Assembly: GCA_963663765.2 (NCBI GenBank)
Contig: CAXXUA010000005.1
Location: 1,248,001-1,312,000, forward strand
From: Candidatus Poribacteria bacterium
GTDB lineage: Bacteria > Poribacteria > WGA-4E > WGA-3G
Length of the DNA: 64,000 nucleotides
Direction: 5' to 3'
A program made the position numbers and the translations under genes. The notes below the pieces were generated by a model. It searched no databases, had not been told where the DNA came from, and worked only from the letters and a program-made list of their open reading frames with translations. Every line of letters starts with the position of its first letter. The first letter of the stretch is position 1. This document shows, piece after piece, positions 43,969 to 54,204 of the stretch.

Positions 43969-45159
43969 ATGCTAAAAACACATAAGATTGCATTGAATCC
44001 AAATAACAATCAACGAAAATGGTTTGCACAACAGTGTGGCTATGCGAGATTTGCATATAATCATGCATTAGCAGATTTCAAGTCTGCATTGGCAAATGAT
44101 GAGTTCTTATCCGCTGCGAAGTTAAACACTCGATTTAATATTGCTAAGAAAGCACATGCTTGGACTAAAGATATGGATCAGGTTGTAGCCAATAAAAGCA
44201 TATTTGGTAACTTGTCTGCTGCGCTTGCGAATTGGGTTGGTAAGCGTGCGAAGTTTCCGAAGTTCAAGAAGCGTGGCAAAAAGGACGCATTCACCACAAA
44301 TAATCAATCTGTAGAAGTTGAAGGTAAGCGTATCAAACTTCCTAAGATTGGTTGGATTAGCATGTTTGAATCATTGCGTTTTGTGGGTAAGATTATGAAA
44401 GTGACGATCTCAAGGACAGCACATCGTTGGTTTGTATCTATCACCATAGAAATAGAGGACACCGAAGCAGTTGATAACTCAACGCACCCTGTGATTGGTA
44501 TAGATGTAGGCATAAACACACTTGCCACATTGAGTGATGGCACGAAATATGATAATCCAAGACCCCTGAAACGATATGAAAAGAAGTTAGCAAGAGAACA
44601 ACGTAGATTAAGTAGAAAAGTTTTCAAGTCTAACAACTGGTTCAAACAAAAACACAAGTTAGAACGTATCTACTATCGTATCGCTTGTATCCGAAACGAT
44701 GCACATCATAAAGCAACTACAGAGATTGTCAACCTCGCATCTGCGATCGGTATTGAGACACTCAAGGTTACTAATATGCTGAAGAACAGAAACCTCGCAA
44801 AAGCATTGTCAGATACAGCATTAGGCGGTTTCCTGCTAAAACTCAAGACAAAAGCAGAAGTGCACGGTATACCTGTCAAAGAAGCAGATATGTTCTTTGC
44901 AAGTAGTAAAACCTGTTCCGGTTGTGGACACAAAAAGAAAGACCTAACACTTTCAGAAAGAATGTATCACTGCAGTCAATGTGATATGTCTATAGATAGA
45001 GATGTCAACGCTGCAATAAACTTGAAACCAACTACGGTGGGACACACCGAAAGTCACGCCTGTGGAGTGCAAATAAGACCCAACGCTGTTCAGGAAAGGG
45101 CACGAGACACGGAAGCAGGAAAAGTCGTTTGGAAACAACTCAAACCGTTTCCAATATAA
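43969..45159 (+). CDS. tnpB: RNA-guided endonuclease TnpB
   Basis: G.ARFAYN, FPKFK, RuvC-I IGIDVG, RuvC-II IGIETL, Zn finger CSGC..CSQC, RuvC-III DRDVNAAIN; all three catalytic residues present. Confidence 0.95.
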   Translation: MLKTHKIALNPNNNQRKWFAQQCGYARFAYNHALADFKSALANDEFLSAAKLNTRFNIAKKAHAWTKDMDQVVANKSIFGNLSAALANWVGKRAKFPKFKKRGKKDAFTTNNQSVEVEGKRIKLPKIGWISMFESLRFVGKIMKVTISRTAHRWFVSITIEIEDTEAVDNSTHPVIGIDVGINTLATLSDGTKYDNPRPLKRYEKKLAREQRRLSRKVFKSNNWFKQKHKLERIYYRIACIRNDAHHKATTEIVNLASAIGIETLKVTNMLKNRNLAKALSDTALGGFLLKLKTKAEVHGIPVKEADMFFASSKTCSGCGHKKKDLTLSERMYHCSQCDMSIDRDVNAAINLKPTTVGHTESHACGVQIRPNAVQERARDTEAGKVVWKQLKPFPI

Positions 45160-45199
45160 GAACTAAGAACCCCCATGCTTTAGCTTGGGGAGTATGTCA
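45030..45199 (+). ncRNA. Predicted TnpB omegaRNA/reRNA scaffold; guide would be the right flank from 45200
   Basis: Established position overlapping the tnpB 3' end through the right end; 5' boundary approximate. Confidence 0.5.
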
Positions 45200-45236
45200 G
45201 AGGCATTTGTGTGTTTTGTAAAAGGAGGTGCTATTC

Positions 45237-46238
45237 ATGAAAGTGAAACTTTGTCTGCTTAGCCTCATATTGCTAAGTCTCTATTCCTTAGATGCGAAAA
45301 TCGTTTTTACTTCAAAACGTAATACTCATGATGATGTTCTTCAGATATATATAATGGAGGATGATGGCAGTGATGTAAAACAGATATCACATTCAGAGTA
45401 TTGGGATAGCGAACCGAGTTGGTTTCCTAATGGGAGAGAGGTCTTATTTGTGAGAGATTTCACGCGTGGAGAACGGGTTGGATTTAATTCAGCATTCTTA
45501 ATTCTTGATGTAGAGACCGGTGAAGAGCGCACATTCATGGAGAACCACCCGACTGATCAGTTTCCCGCATTATCTCAAGATGGTAGATTGTTGGCATTCA
45601 ACAGCGTGCGTACGGGGATATGGAATATTTATGTGTTGGATTTAGCGAGTGGTAACGTGAAGCAGTTGACAGATAACATAGTGAGTGAATGGACAAAGAG
45701 CATGGGTTTGTCTCCTGATGGTAAGCAGATCGCGTATCATCATGAAGGGGCAGATGGCGATAACATTTGGGTGATGGATGCGGATGATGGTCGTCCAAAG
45801 AAACGTTTAACACAGGCGAAACCGATCCGCTTTTTCCGTGGAACACCACATTGGTCTCCATCGGGGAGATACATTATCTACAGCGAACAAGAACGAACAC
45901 ATGATATATTCACAGGGGCTGTGGCTATGCGTTTGTTTATTATTGATACACTCACTAAACGTACTGAAGAACATCGGTTTCCGGGAAAGACAACCATTGG
46001 TAACCGTATGTGCTGGATGGACGATGATAAGACTGTTTTACTCTCTATGAGGGCAGACTATACAGTTGAGGGGACGTTTTCTGACATTTACCGGTATGAC
46101 TTAGATACGCGTAAGTTGACGAACCTTACCAAGCATTTGTCTGGTAGTGACTACGATCCCCATTGGATTGCGGGGCCTCTTTCGGTATCTTCCACAGGGA
46201 AGTTGAGTGTTCGGTGGGGAGAGTTGAAAGCGGAGTGA
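45237..46238 (+). CDS. Secreted TolB-like (PD40) beta-propeller protein, paralog 1
   Basis: SD AAAGGAGG, signal peptide, PD40 repeats (SPDGKQIAY, WSPSGRY); C-terminus LSVSSTGKLSVRWGELKAE. Confidence 0.85.
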   Translation: MKVKLCLLSLILLSLYSLDAKIVFTSKRNTHDDVLQIYIMEDDGSDVKQISHSEYWDSEPSWFPNGREVLFVRDFTRGERVGFNSAFLILDVETGEERTFMENHPTDQFPALSQDGRLLAFNSVRTGIWNIYVLDLASGNVKQLTDNIVSEWTKSMGLSPDGKQIAYHHEGADGDNIWVMDADDGRPKKRLTQAKPIRFFRGTPHWSPSGRYIIYSEQERTHDIFTGAVAMRLFIIDTLTKRTEEHRFPGKTTIGNRMCWMDDDKTVLLSMRADYTVEGTFSDIYRYDLDTRKLTNLTKHLSGSDYDPHWIAGPLSVSSTGKLSVRWGELKAE

Positions 46239-46311
46239 TAATTTCTTTTTTAGAACACAAGTGTCTATATAGACACTTGTGTTCTAAAAATAGACACTTG
46301 TGTTCTAAAAA
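46239..46311. repeat. Intergenic hairpin repeat (terminator-like) with duplicated right arm
   Basis: TTTTTAGAACACAAGTGTCTATATAGACACTTGTGTTCTAAAAA plus a second ATAGACACTTGTGTTCTAAAA. Confidence 0.75.
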
Positions 46312-46322
46312 AGGGGGTTTTT

Positions 46323-47327
46323 ATGAAAACCAAGTTGTGTCTATTCTGTCTAATCTTGCTTCAGCTGAGTGTTTGTATTATAGAGTCAAAAATCATTTTC
46401 ACCTCCGGACGCAAAGACAATACAGACTATCAACTTTTTATAATGGAGGACGATGGCAGTGACGTAAGACAAGTTTTACATTCAAAGTATCGTGATCTTA
46501 AACCGGGTTGGTTTCCTAATGGGAGAGAGGTCTTATTTGTGAGAGATTTCACGGGCGGAGAACAGGTTGGCTCTAATTCAGCATTCTTAATTCTTGATGT
46601 AGAGACCGGTGAAGAACGCACATTTATGGAGAATCACCCGACTGATCAGTTTCCCGCATTGTCTCGAGATGGTAGATTGTTAGCATTCAACAGCGTGCGT
46701 ACGGGGATATGGAATATTTATGTGTTGGACTTAGCGAGTGGTAACGTGAAGCAGTTGACAGACAACATATTGAGTGAATGGTCAAAGGGCATGGGTTTGT
46801 CTCCTGATGGTAAGCAGATCGTGTATCATCATGAAGGTGCAGAGGGTGATAACATTTGGGTGATGGATGCGGATGATGGTCGTCCAAAGAAACGGTTAAC
46901 ACAGGCGAAACCGATCCGCTTTTTCCGTGGAACACCACATTGGTCTCTATCGGGAAGATACATAATTTATAAAGAACAGGAACGAACGCATGATATATTT
47001 ACAGGTGCTGTTGCTATGCGTTTGTTCGTTATTGATACACTTACTAAACGTAGTGAAGAACATCGGTTTCCGGGAAAGACACTCATATCTAACCGTATGT
47101 GTTGGATGGACGATGATAAGACTGTTTTACTCTCTATGAAGGCGGACTATACAGATGAGAGGGCGGTTTATGACATTTACCGGTATGACTTGGATACGCG
47201 TAAGTTGACAAACCTTACCAAGAATTCGTATGGTGGAGACTACCATCCTCATTGGATTGCGGGGCCTCTTTCGGTATCTTCCACAGGGAAGTTGAGTGTT
47301 CGATGGGGAGAGTTGAAAGCGGAGTGA
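46323..47327 (+). CDS. Secreted TolB-like (PD40) beta-propeller protein, paralog 2 (tandem duplicate)
   Basis: Long stretches identical to paralog 1; same C-terminal motif. Confidence 0.85.
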   Translation: MKTKLCLFCLILLQLSVCIIESKIIFTSGRKDNTDYQLFIMEDDGSDVRQVLHSKYRDLKPGWFPNGREVLFVRDFTGGEQVGSNSAFLILDVETGEERTFMENHPTDQFPALSRDGRLLAFNSVRTGIWNIYVLDLASGNVKQLTDNILSEWSKGMGLSPDGKQIVYHHEGAEGDNIWVMDADDGRPKKRLTQAKPIRFFRGTPHWSLSGRYIIYKEQERTHDIFTGAVAMRLFVIDTLTKRSEEHRFPGKTLISNRMCWMDDDKTVLLSMKADYTDERAVYDIYRYDLDTRKLTNLTKNSYGGDYHPHWIAGPLSVSSTGKLSVRWGELKAE

Positions 47328-47375
47328 TAATTTCTTTTTTAGAACACAAGTGTCTTTATAGGCACTTGTGTTTTT
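47328..47375. terminator. Hairpin repeat (third copy), probable bidirectional terminator
   Basis: GAACACAAGTGTCT-TTAT-AGGCACTTGTGTTT followed by a T-tract, between convergent genes. Confidence 0.6.
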
Positions 47376-47417
47376 CTGCTTAAATTTTAGCACCAAGGCA
47401 CTTATCGACTTAGATGT

Positions 47418-48806
47418 CTACCGCGAATTAAGCGGTAACCACATCAACACCGTAGTGCCTTCACCCAGCACGCTATCAATCTCAACCGTACCCGCATGTT
47501 CCTCAAGAATACGTTTTACATTCGCCAATCCAAGTCCCGTCCCCTTCGTTTTCCGTGTAAAAAACGGCTCAAATAAGTGTTCAATATCTTCTTCAGGTAT
47601 ACCAGCACCAGTATCCACAACTTTTATACACACCGAATCTTCCTGTTTGAATACAGACACAGCAATAGTGCCACCTTCAGGCATCGCCTCCATCGCATTC
47701 AAAACAACGTTCATAAACGCCTGTTTAATCTTGTCAGAATCAAACTCAAAGTCAGGAAGTTTCGCATCAAGTTCTAAATACAACTGAATCTGATGATGTG
47801 TTAAGTTCGCTTCCATCAATGCTAAAACACTTTGTAATACTGGTACTAACGATTGTCGTTCAAGGTTGAGTGTTGTAGGACGCGCAAAATCCATCAAACC
47901 TTTCACGATCGTATCAATCCGCTCAATCTCCTCAAGTATGTATTCCAGCGATTGACGCTGCTCGTCTGACACAAGCGGCTTCTGTAATAACATTTGCGAC
48001 AACATCCGCATAGACGATAACGGATTTCTAATTTCATGCGCAAAAGATGTTGACATCTTTCCCGCTGTCGCTAAACGTTCCGATTGAAGCAACTTGTCTC
48101 GAGATTGCTTCAGGTCCTGCGTCATCTGATTGAACGCAATGGCTAAATCACCAATTTCGTCCTGGGTTTTAATCTCACACTGTTCATCAAGATTCCCCTC
48201 AGCAACCTGTTCTGTAAAACCAACTAAATCTGTTATCGGTTCTGTTATGTTCTTGCCAATACGATGACTAATCAACGCAACGAGTACCATTACAAGAATA
48301 GCAATACCTAACATATACAACGTCAGTGTTCGCTTCGCCTCCGAAATTTCATCCATCGGACGCAGTAAGCAATAATATCTACCAAAGGACAACAAATGAT
48401 AAAAGACTTTGTAATGTTTTCCACCAAGCCTAACATCGTGTGTGACAGGTGTAGCATCGCCTTTTTGGAACGATTGTTTCACCTGTGCTAAACGCATACT
48501 TCCAGCAAGAATGTCCATTTGCTGTTCAGAATCAGCAAGATCTCTCAGCGTACTCGCATTCAACGTATAATCCGAACCAAAAACCATTACCTCTACACTA
48601 TAAGCCTCCTTGACCTTCTCAATATCTTCCTGAATAAATCCTGTTTCTATAATGACTTCAAGCCAGCCTTGTGTCTCACGCGTAAACTGTTCACTATATT
48701 TCCAAGCAAACAACTCCACCGTCAACAATGGTACAATGACGGTAATAACTCCGAAAAGCAATAAGAAAGGAAGAACAATCTTGGTTTGAATGCTGAAGCG
48801 GCGCAT
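47418..48806 (-). CDS. HAMP-domain sensor histidine kinase (no adjacent response regulator)
   Basis: Two TM segments, DEIGDLAIAFNQM, AHEIRNPL, NVVLNA, DTGAGI, GTGLGL. Confidence 0.93.
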   Translation of the reverse strand: MRRFSIQTKIVLPFLLLFGVITVIVPLLTVELFAWKYSEQFTRETQGWLEVIIETGFIQEDIEKVKEAYSVEVMVFGSDYTLNASTLRDLADSEQQMDILAGSMRLAQVKQSFQKGDATPVTHDVRLGGKHYKVFYHLLSFGRYYCLLRPMDEISEAKRTLTLYMLGIAILVMVLVALISHRIGKNITEPITDLVGFTEQVAEGNLDEQCEIKTQDEIGDLAIAFNQMTQDLKQSRDKLLQSERLATAGKMSTSFAHEIRNPLSSMRMLSQMLLQKPLVSDEQRQSLEYILEEIERIDTIVKGLMDFARPTTLNLERQSLVPVLQSVLALMEANLTHHQIQLYLELDAKLPDFEFDSDKIKQAFMNVVLNAMEAMPEGGTIAVSVFKQEDSVCIKVVDTGAGIPEEDIEHLFEPFFTRKTKGTGLGLANVKRILEEHAGTVEIDSVLGEGTTVLMWLPLNSR

Positions 48807-49149
48807 GGGGATTCCTTAGGTGCAAAGCAGTATCAACACTTTACATCAGATAAACGCACTTGTCAAGCAAAAGCAAACACGGATATTCCATAGAAAACAC
48901 ATATCCTAAGCAAAAGATGTTATTGCAGAATCTTATCCGCGCACTCTGCGCCCGCCGCGTCCTCCGCGATTCTGACAGAAAATTCGCGTAATCTACGTCC
49001 CCCATGATTCAGAACACACCTGCATAATCCGCCAAATACCACGCACTCGCTCAACGTTGATTTGGGAGTACGATATGTCCATTATAACGACTATCTTTAA
49101 GGTATTTGAACAAAAACACATAATGAGTTGTCTAACCAAACAGAAATAA

Positions 49150-49176
49150 GGAACTTTTCAGCATAATAGGTGTATA
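49150..49176 (+). promoter_or_regulatory. Possible ECF-type autoregulatory promoter
   Basis: GGAACTT..GTGTATA upstream of the ECF gene. Confidence 0.35.
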
Positions 49177-49250
49177 AACCAAAGCAATTCAAAGGTGAAA
49201 ATATCTAATAAAATAGAAACCTATGTGTATGCATAGTCAGGAGTATTAAA

Positions 49251-49892
49251 ATGCCAGACACAAAAAGGCATCCCTATCTATTATCTGCAGATGAAATAGA
49301 TCTAATAGATGAACACGATTTGGTAACCCGCTTTCAAAACGGAGATACAGCAGCTTTCAATACTCTCGTCCTCAAATACCAAACCCGCATAGCAAAACTC
49401 ATCTATAGACACATCAAAGACACTGAAACAACAAAAGACCTCTGTCAAGATGTATTCCTGAAAGCATATAAAGCATTACCCAAATTCAAACGCGAGTCTG
49501 CATTCTACAGTTGGCTATACCGCATCGCTATGAACTGTTGTATTGACTATCTGCGCCAAAAAAACAAAAATAAAACTATCACCTTCGACGAATTAACCAC
49601 AAGTCCCGAAGAGTTATTGTTGATTAGCAAATGCCCATCACCATCTCATCTCATTGAGATGGAGGAACTCGGAGAAATTATTAACAAAGCAGTACAACAA
49701 CTTCCTACGAAACAACAGCACGTTTTCAAACTACGATATGACCAGAAACTAAAGATAAAAGAAATCGCTGTCCTGATAAACAGATCAGAGGGAACAGTCA
49801 AAACACACCTACACCACGCACACCGAAGGCTACGTGAATTGCTGCAACCCTATCTGGATAATCGTCCATTAGAATGGAACGGAGAAACATAG
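49251..49892 (+). CDS. ECF RNA polymerase sigma factor
   Basis: GDTAAFNTLV, DLCQDVFLKAY, FYSWLYRIAMN, EIA..SEGTVKTHLH. Confidence 0.93.
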   Translation: MPDTKRHPYLLSADEIDLIDEHDLVTRFQNGDTAAFNTLVLKYQTRIAKLIYRHIKDTETTKDLCQDVFLKAYKALPKFKRESAFYSWLYRIAMNCCIDYLRQKNKNKTITFDELTTSPEELLLISKCPSPSHLIEMEELGEIINKAVQQLPTKQQHVFKLRYDQKLKIKEIAVLINRSEGTVKTHLHHAHRRLRELLQPYLDNRPLEWNGET

Positions 49893-50080
49893 AAAAGAAA
49901 ATGGCATGATTTAATACACTCTAATACCGCAGGCAAAAATACCAAAAAACGCTTTTGTTGACGCAAATTGAATCACACGACAACAAACGCGTTTCTTGTT
50001 AATCAAATGTAAACCTTCAATAACAGTATGCGTTGAAACTAAATACCAAAAAGTATAACGACTAAAATAAACACTTTGCT

Positions 50081-50345
50081 TTGCATCCTATCCTAATCTA
50101 TGATAAACTACACAGACTTGACATAACGCAATCAATTTATGTTATATCAGGGATACCAAAGACATATAAAACCTATAAACATCAACTTTTAACTTGCACC
50201 TCTTTTATTAAATATGATACACTAATGACAATTGCCACAATTGAGCCAACTTTTTAGCAGAATCTACTACAAAAATCAAAAAACTATTGATATATTGGCT
50301 AACATGAAATAAAACTCGCAAAATAACTTGGAAATGTGGTAAACT
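50081..50345 (+). promoter_or_regulatory. Tandem sigma70-like promoters (extended -10) upstream of the proteasome operon
   Basis: TTGCAT-17-TAAACT (50081-50109), TTGCAC-18-TACACT (50194-50223), TGG-TAAACT (50337-50345); each -10 preceded by TGn. Confidence 0.4.
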
Positions 50346-50386
50346 CTACCGCAAAGTCACCCTTTTCTGTCTGAGGAGCGTTCAAA

Positions 50387-52270
50387 ATGAACGATAAAGA
50401 CAAGTATAACGACGAAAAAGAGAAGTATAGTAAGGATCGCAGAAGTCGATACGAACAAAAATCAATCGAAGACGAAGAACAGTTGGAACGCGATGAAAAC
50501 GAGCAAATTGAAGAAAATGCAACAAATTATGCATATTCTCGACGACCAACTGATCAGAACCGCTTTGAGCACGACCCAGTTGACGACGATGTTATTGAAG
50601 AAGACACCGCAAGTTCCGGCTATTCCTTACAACTAATACATCAAATCATCTCAGATACCCCTGTGGAAGATCGAAGAAGACGATGGCTTATTGAATTGCG
50701 CCGATCCATCATCAACGACGAAGGCGAATTCCGACACAGAGTCCGTTCCATCGAACAGGAAGCAAAAGTCATACTCACTGAGATGGAAGAACAAATAGAA
50801 AAACTAACAGCACCCGCGAACCGTATCGGAACACTACTCGCTGTTCAAACAGATGAAACCGTACGCGTCACCGTCGGAGGATCCGAATACTACGCAAATA
50901 TCGACCCAAAACTGGATACCAAAAACCTCAAAAAAGGCGTTAGCGTACTACTCAACGAAGCATTTGTCGTCATCGGTGAACTCGGATATAACGAATCCGG
51001 ACCTGTCGCAAAAATTGCCGATGTACTACCAGATGGTAGACTCCGAGTCGGATCCGAACCAAGCCTGCAATCCGTTATTATCGAACGCGCTGCCAACCTC
51101 ATAGATATAAAACTAAAGACAGGAGACGAAGTACGACTCGATGCAAGCCTTAAAGTCGCAATAGAACGTATAGAATCAAAAGAACGAAATGACTACACTC
51201 TTGAAGCAGTACCACAAATCCCATGGTCAAAAGTTGGTGGACTTGACGAAACAATACAACGTATAAAAGACACTATCGAACAACCGATCTTGCACCCGAA
51301 ACTCTTCAAGCGATTTCAATATACCGTACCGAAAGGCTTTCTGCTACACGGACCACCAGGCTGCGGTAAAACACTGATCGGAAAAGCAACCGCTTACAAC
51401 CTAACTGAACGCCTAAAAACTGAAACCGGTGAGGAAATTGAAGGAACTTTCCTTCATATCAAAGGTCCTGAAATACTAAACATGTGGCTAGGAGAATCCG
51501 AACGCAAAGTCAGAGAAATCTTCCTCGCAGCACGAGAAAAACGAGATGAAGGAAAACTCGCATTTGTCTTTATTGATGAAGCTGAATCTATTTTAGGTAC
51601 ACGCCGTGCTATGCGCTCACACAGCATCTCTAACACACTCGTCCCAATGTTCTGCGCAGAAATGGACGGCATCGAACCACTACAAGAAGTTGTCATCATA
51701 CTCGCAACAAACCGTCCCGACTTAATTGACCCAGCAATACTACGACCAGGAAGAATCGATAGAAAAATAAAAGTGACACGACCCAATAAAGAGGCTGCAA
51801 AAGATATATTCAGTATCTATCTCACCCCAGAACTCCCAATAGAAAACGTTACAGAAGAAATTGCTGGTAAAGAAGTCATCGACGGATTGATCACACAAGT
51901 CGTTGACGAAATGTTTCGTGAATCAACTGAAAACCGATTCCTTGAAGTCGCACTACGTAGCGGAAGACGAGACATTCTATACCGTGGACATCTCTGTAGT
52001 GGGGCAATAATCGAGTCCATCGTACAAAGAGCAAAAGAAACCGCAATGAAACGCGCAATCGCTGACCCTGACACAGAAACTGGTATCTCATCTGACGATC
52101 TCATAGACGCTCTCAACGCTGAATTCAGCGAAAATGATATCTTCCCACCCACAGAGGCTACAGAGGATTGGCTAAAACTATTGGATTACGACCCTGTCAA
52201 TGTCGTCAAAGTTACGCCTATTCAATATGAAAAAAGGGAACCCCGAAAAACACCAAGTCCGGTGATTTAG
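50387..52270 (+). CDS. arc: Proteasome-associated AAA ATPase (ARC/Mpa-like)
   Basis: Coiled coil and OB domains, GPPGCGKT, IKGPEILNMWLGESER, FIDEAES, ILRPGRID. Confidence 0.93.
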   Translation: MNDKDKYNDEKEKYSKDRRSRYEQKSIEDEEQLERDENEQIEENATNYAYSRRPTDQNRFEHDPVDDDVIEEDTASSGYSLQLIHQIISDTPVEDRRRRWLIELRRSIINDEGEFRHRVRSIEQEAKVILTEMEEQIEKLTAPANRIGTLLAVQTDETVRVTVGGSEYYANIDPKLDTKNLKKGVSVLLNEAFVVIGELGYNESGPVAKIADVLPDGRLRVGSEPSLQSVIIERAANLIDIKLKTGDEVRLDASLKVAIERIESKERNDYTLEAVPQIPWSKVGGLDETIQRIKDTIEQPILHPKLFKRFQYTVPKGFLLHGPPGCGKTLIGKATAYNLTERLKTETGEEIEGTFLHIKGPEILNMWLGESERKVREIFLAAREKRDEGKLAFVFIDEAESILGTRRAMRSHSISNTLVPMFCAEMDGIEPLQEVVIILATNRPDLIDPAILRPGRIDRKIKVTRPNKEAAKDIFSIYLTPELPIENVTEEIAGKEVIDGLITQVVDEMFRESTENRFLEVALRSGRRDILYRGHLCSGAIIESIVQRAKETAMKRAIADPDTETGISSDDLIDALNAEFSENDIFPPTEATEDWLKLLDYDPVNVVKVTPIQYEKREPRKTPSPVI

Positions 52271-52330
52271 TTCATAACTTCAACTCAATACAGCATACAG
52301 TTGTTGGAATACAAAAGAAAGACCTAAAGC

Positions 52331-53848
52331 ATGCACAGACTTTTTGGAATCGAAACCGAATACGGTATCACTCTCGAAAATGCTGAACAGATCGATCCCG
52401 TAAAGGAGTCCATTGAACTCATAAAAAATTATCGAAGAGAGCCATTCTTACCCCAATGGGACTACAAGGGTGAAGACCCATTCCGTGATGAACGCGGTTT
52501 CCGAGCAAAACAACTCAATAACCATCCCGACGAAGTGGAGGAGGAAAAACGAGACAGAGAACGATTCGCTAACCAACCCGGACGATCGTTCCGAGAAATC
52601 AAAAGTGACAGAATACTTGTCAACGGCGCAAGACTATACAACGACCACGCACACCCAGAGTATTCAACACCAGAATGCAAAAACCTCTTTGACCTCGTCG
52701 CACACGACAAAGCAGGGGAAAGAATACTTCACAAATGCGCTGAAAGACGAAGCACTGAAATCGGACAACGCGTCCTATTATACAAAAATAATACCGACTT
52801 TTATGGACATAGCTACGGATGCCACGATAACTACCTCATGGCACGAGAAGTACCTTTTAGCTACCTAAAAGCAAGTATCCTACCGTTCTTTGTAACAAGA
52901 CAAATCTTCGCAGGAGCAGGTAAAATCGGTATTGAAACCGAAGCAGGACTCGCAACCCCCGGACATTTTCAACTCACACAACGCTCCGACTTCTTTCACG
53001 TCGAAGCAAGTGTAGACACAATGCACAAACGCCCAATCGTCAACACACGAGATGAACCGCACGCTGACCCAGCAACCTATCGCAGACTACACGGAATCGT
53101 CGGGGACGCAAATATGTCCGAATACGCAACAGCACTCAAGGTCGGAACAACCGCTCTCGTAATTGACCTAATTGAACAGCGACTTATACCCGAATCATTG
53201 GCAATCGCAAATCCTATTGATACCATAAAAACCATTTCGCATGACCAAACGTACCGATGGATGTTACAAAAAGTTGATGGAAAAATGATCTCCGCAATTG
53301 ACCATCAAAGAGAGTATCTGCAACTCGCACAAAAACATCTCGCAAACCAAAATAGCGATGCCGAATGGGTCCTGAAAGAATGGGAGAAAACACTCAACGC
53401 TCTTGAAAACGACCCCATGACGCTTACCGACCGCCTTGATTGGGTCGCAAAAAAATGGCTACTTGAAACCTTTGTTGAAGCTGAAAATATCGCATGGGAT
53501 GACCCATGGCTACAAAGCATCGATTTAGAATACCACAACATTGATTTAGAAGAAGGTCTGTTCTACGGATTACAAATGCAACGAGTCGTAACGGATGAAC
53601 AGGTACAAAACGCTACGCATACACCTCCATTGGACACGCGCGCATACTTCCGTGGAAAATCACTAAACAAATTTGAAGACGCAATCAAAACTGTCCAATG
53701 GGACAGTATAACGTTCGAAATTAATGGAAAACCTGTTACTGTAAACATGAACTCTCTCGCAAATCCTGAAATTGCACAAAAATATAATGAAGCTCTTGAC
53801 TTATCCCCTAACCCTCAAACCCTTGTTGAGAAACTTGGTCTAAACTAA
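52331..53848 (+). CDS. dop: Dop/PafA2-like deconjugase
   Basis: GIETEYGI, NGARLYNDHAHPEYSTPEC, KNNTD, SYGCH, NTRDEPHAD, RLHGIVGDAN. Confidence 0.9.
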   Translation: MHRLFGIETEYGITLENAEQIDPVKESIELIKNYRREPFLPQWDYKGEDPFRDERGFRAKQLNNHPDEVEEEKRDRERFANQPGRSFREIKSDRILVNGARLYNDHAHPEYSTPECKNLFDLVAHDKAGERILHKCAERRSTEIGQRVLLYKNNTDFYGHSYGCHDNYLMAREVPFSYLKASILPFFVTRQIFAGAGKIGIETEAGLATPGHFQLTQRSDFFHVEASVDTMHKRPIVNTRDEPHADPATYRRLHGIVGDANMSEYATALKVGTTALVIDLIEQRLIPESLAIANPIDTIKTISHDQTYRWMLQKVDGKMISAIDHQREYLQLAQKHLANQNSDAEWVLKEWEKTLNALENDPMTLTDRLDWVAKKWLLETFVEAENIAWDDPWLQSIDLEYHNIDLEEGLFYGLQMQRVVTDEQVQNATHTPPLDTRAYFRGKSLNKFEDAIKTVQWDSITFEINGKPVTVNMNSLANPEIAQKYNEALDLSPNPQTLVEKLGLN

Positions 53849-53965
53849 ACCAACTTATGCACAAACGGTAGGTGCGTTTTATAAACGTACTGGAATCTCA
53901 AAATTTTGACCAAAATTGCAAAATTTTGTCAAAACTATTGAAATAATCAAATTGTGTAAGCTTCA
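53849..53965 (+). mobile_element. MITE family A copy 4 (degenerate), inside the operon between dop and ubact
   Basis: ACCAACTTATGCA..CGGTAGGTGCGTTTTATAAACGTAC..TGTGTAAGCTTCA; 5-bp TSD ACTAA. Confidence 0.65.
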
Positions 53966-54006
53966 ACTAAGATGTTAACACAAAAACAAATAAAGGAGAT
54001 ATACCG

Positions 54007-54204
54007 ATGAAAGCCCAAACAGTCTACTTCCCAGAACGAAAACAGAGACCAGTAAAACCAATCGGTCCTGATGACGGTGGAGACGATAGCAACGCACCAA
54101 AACGTCCTGATGTCAATAGACCCGACACACAGGAACTCCTCAAACGGATGCGACGCGTCGACAAAGACCAATCAAGACGATACCGACAAAGGACAGGGGA
54201 ATAA
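54007..54204 (+). CDS. ubact: Ubiquitin-like modifier UBact
   Basis: 65 aa, disordered; ..LLKRMRRVDKDQSRRYRQRTGE matches the UBact C-terminus R[ST]G[EQ]; occupies the pup position; SD AAGGAG. Confidence 0.92.
   Translation: MKAQTVYFPERKQRPVKPIGPDDGGDDSNAPKRPDVNRPDTQELLKRMRRVDKDQSRRYRQRTGE

Larger units (their letters stand above)
43779..45199 (+). mobile_element. IS200/IS605-family TnpB-only (IS1341-like) element
   Basis: Left-end hairpin CACGAC..CCCCTACCTTTAGGTAGTGGG..GTCGTG after TTTAT; right end AACCCCCATGCTTTAGCTTGGGGAGTATGTCA; no tnpA. Confidence 0.8.

Noticed and set aside
43748-47375. Hairpin repeats as integron attC sites or CRISPR repeats
   Set aside because: No RYYYAAC/GTTRRRY cores, no integrase or cas genes, and the spacers are whole genes.
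54007-54204. Calling the modifier Pup
   Set aside because: It lacks the GG[EQ] terminus; RTGE and LLKRMRRVD match UBact.
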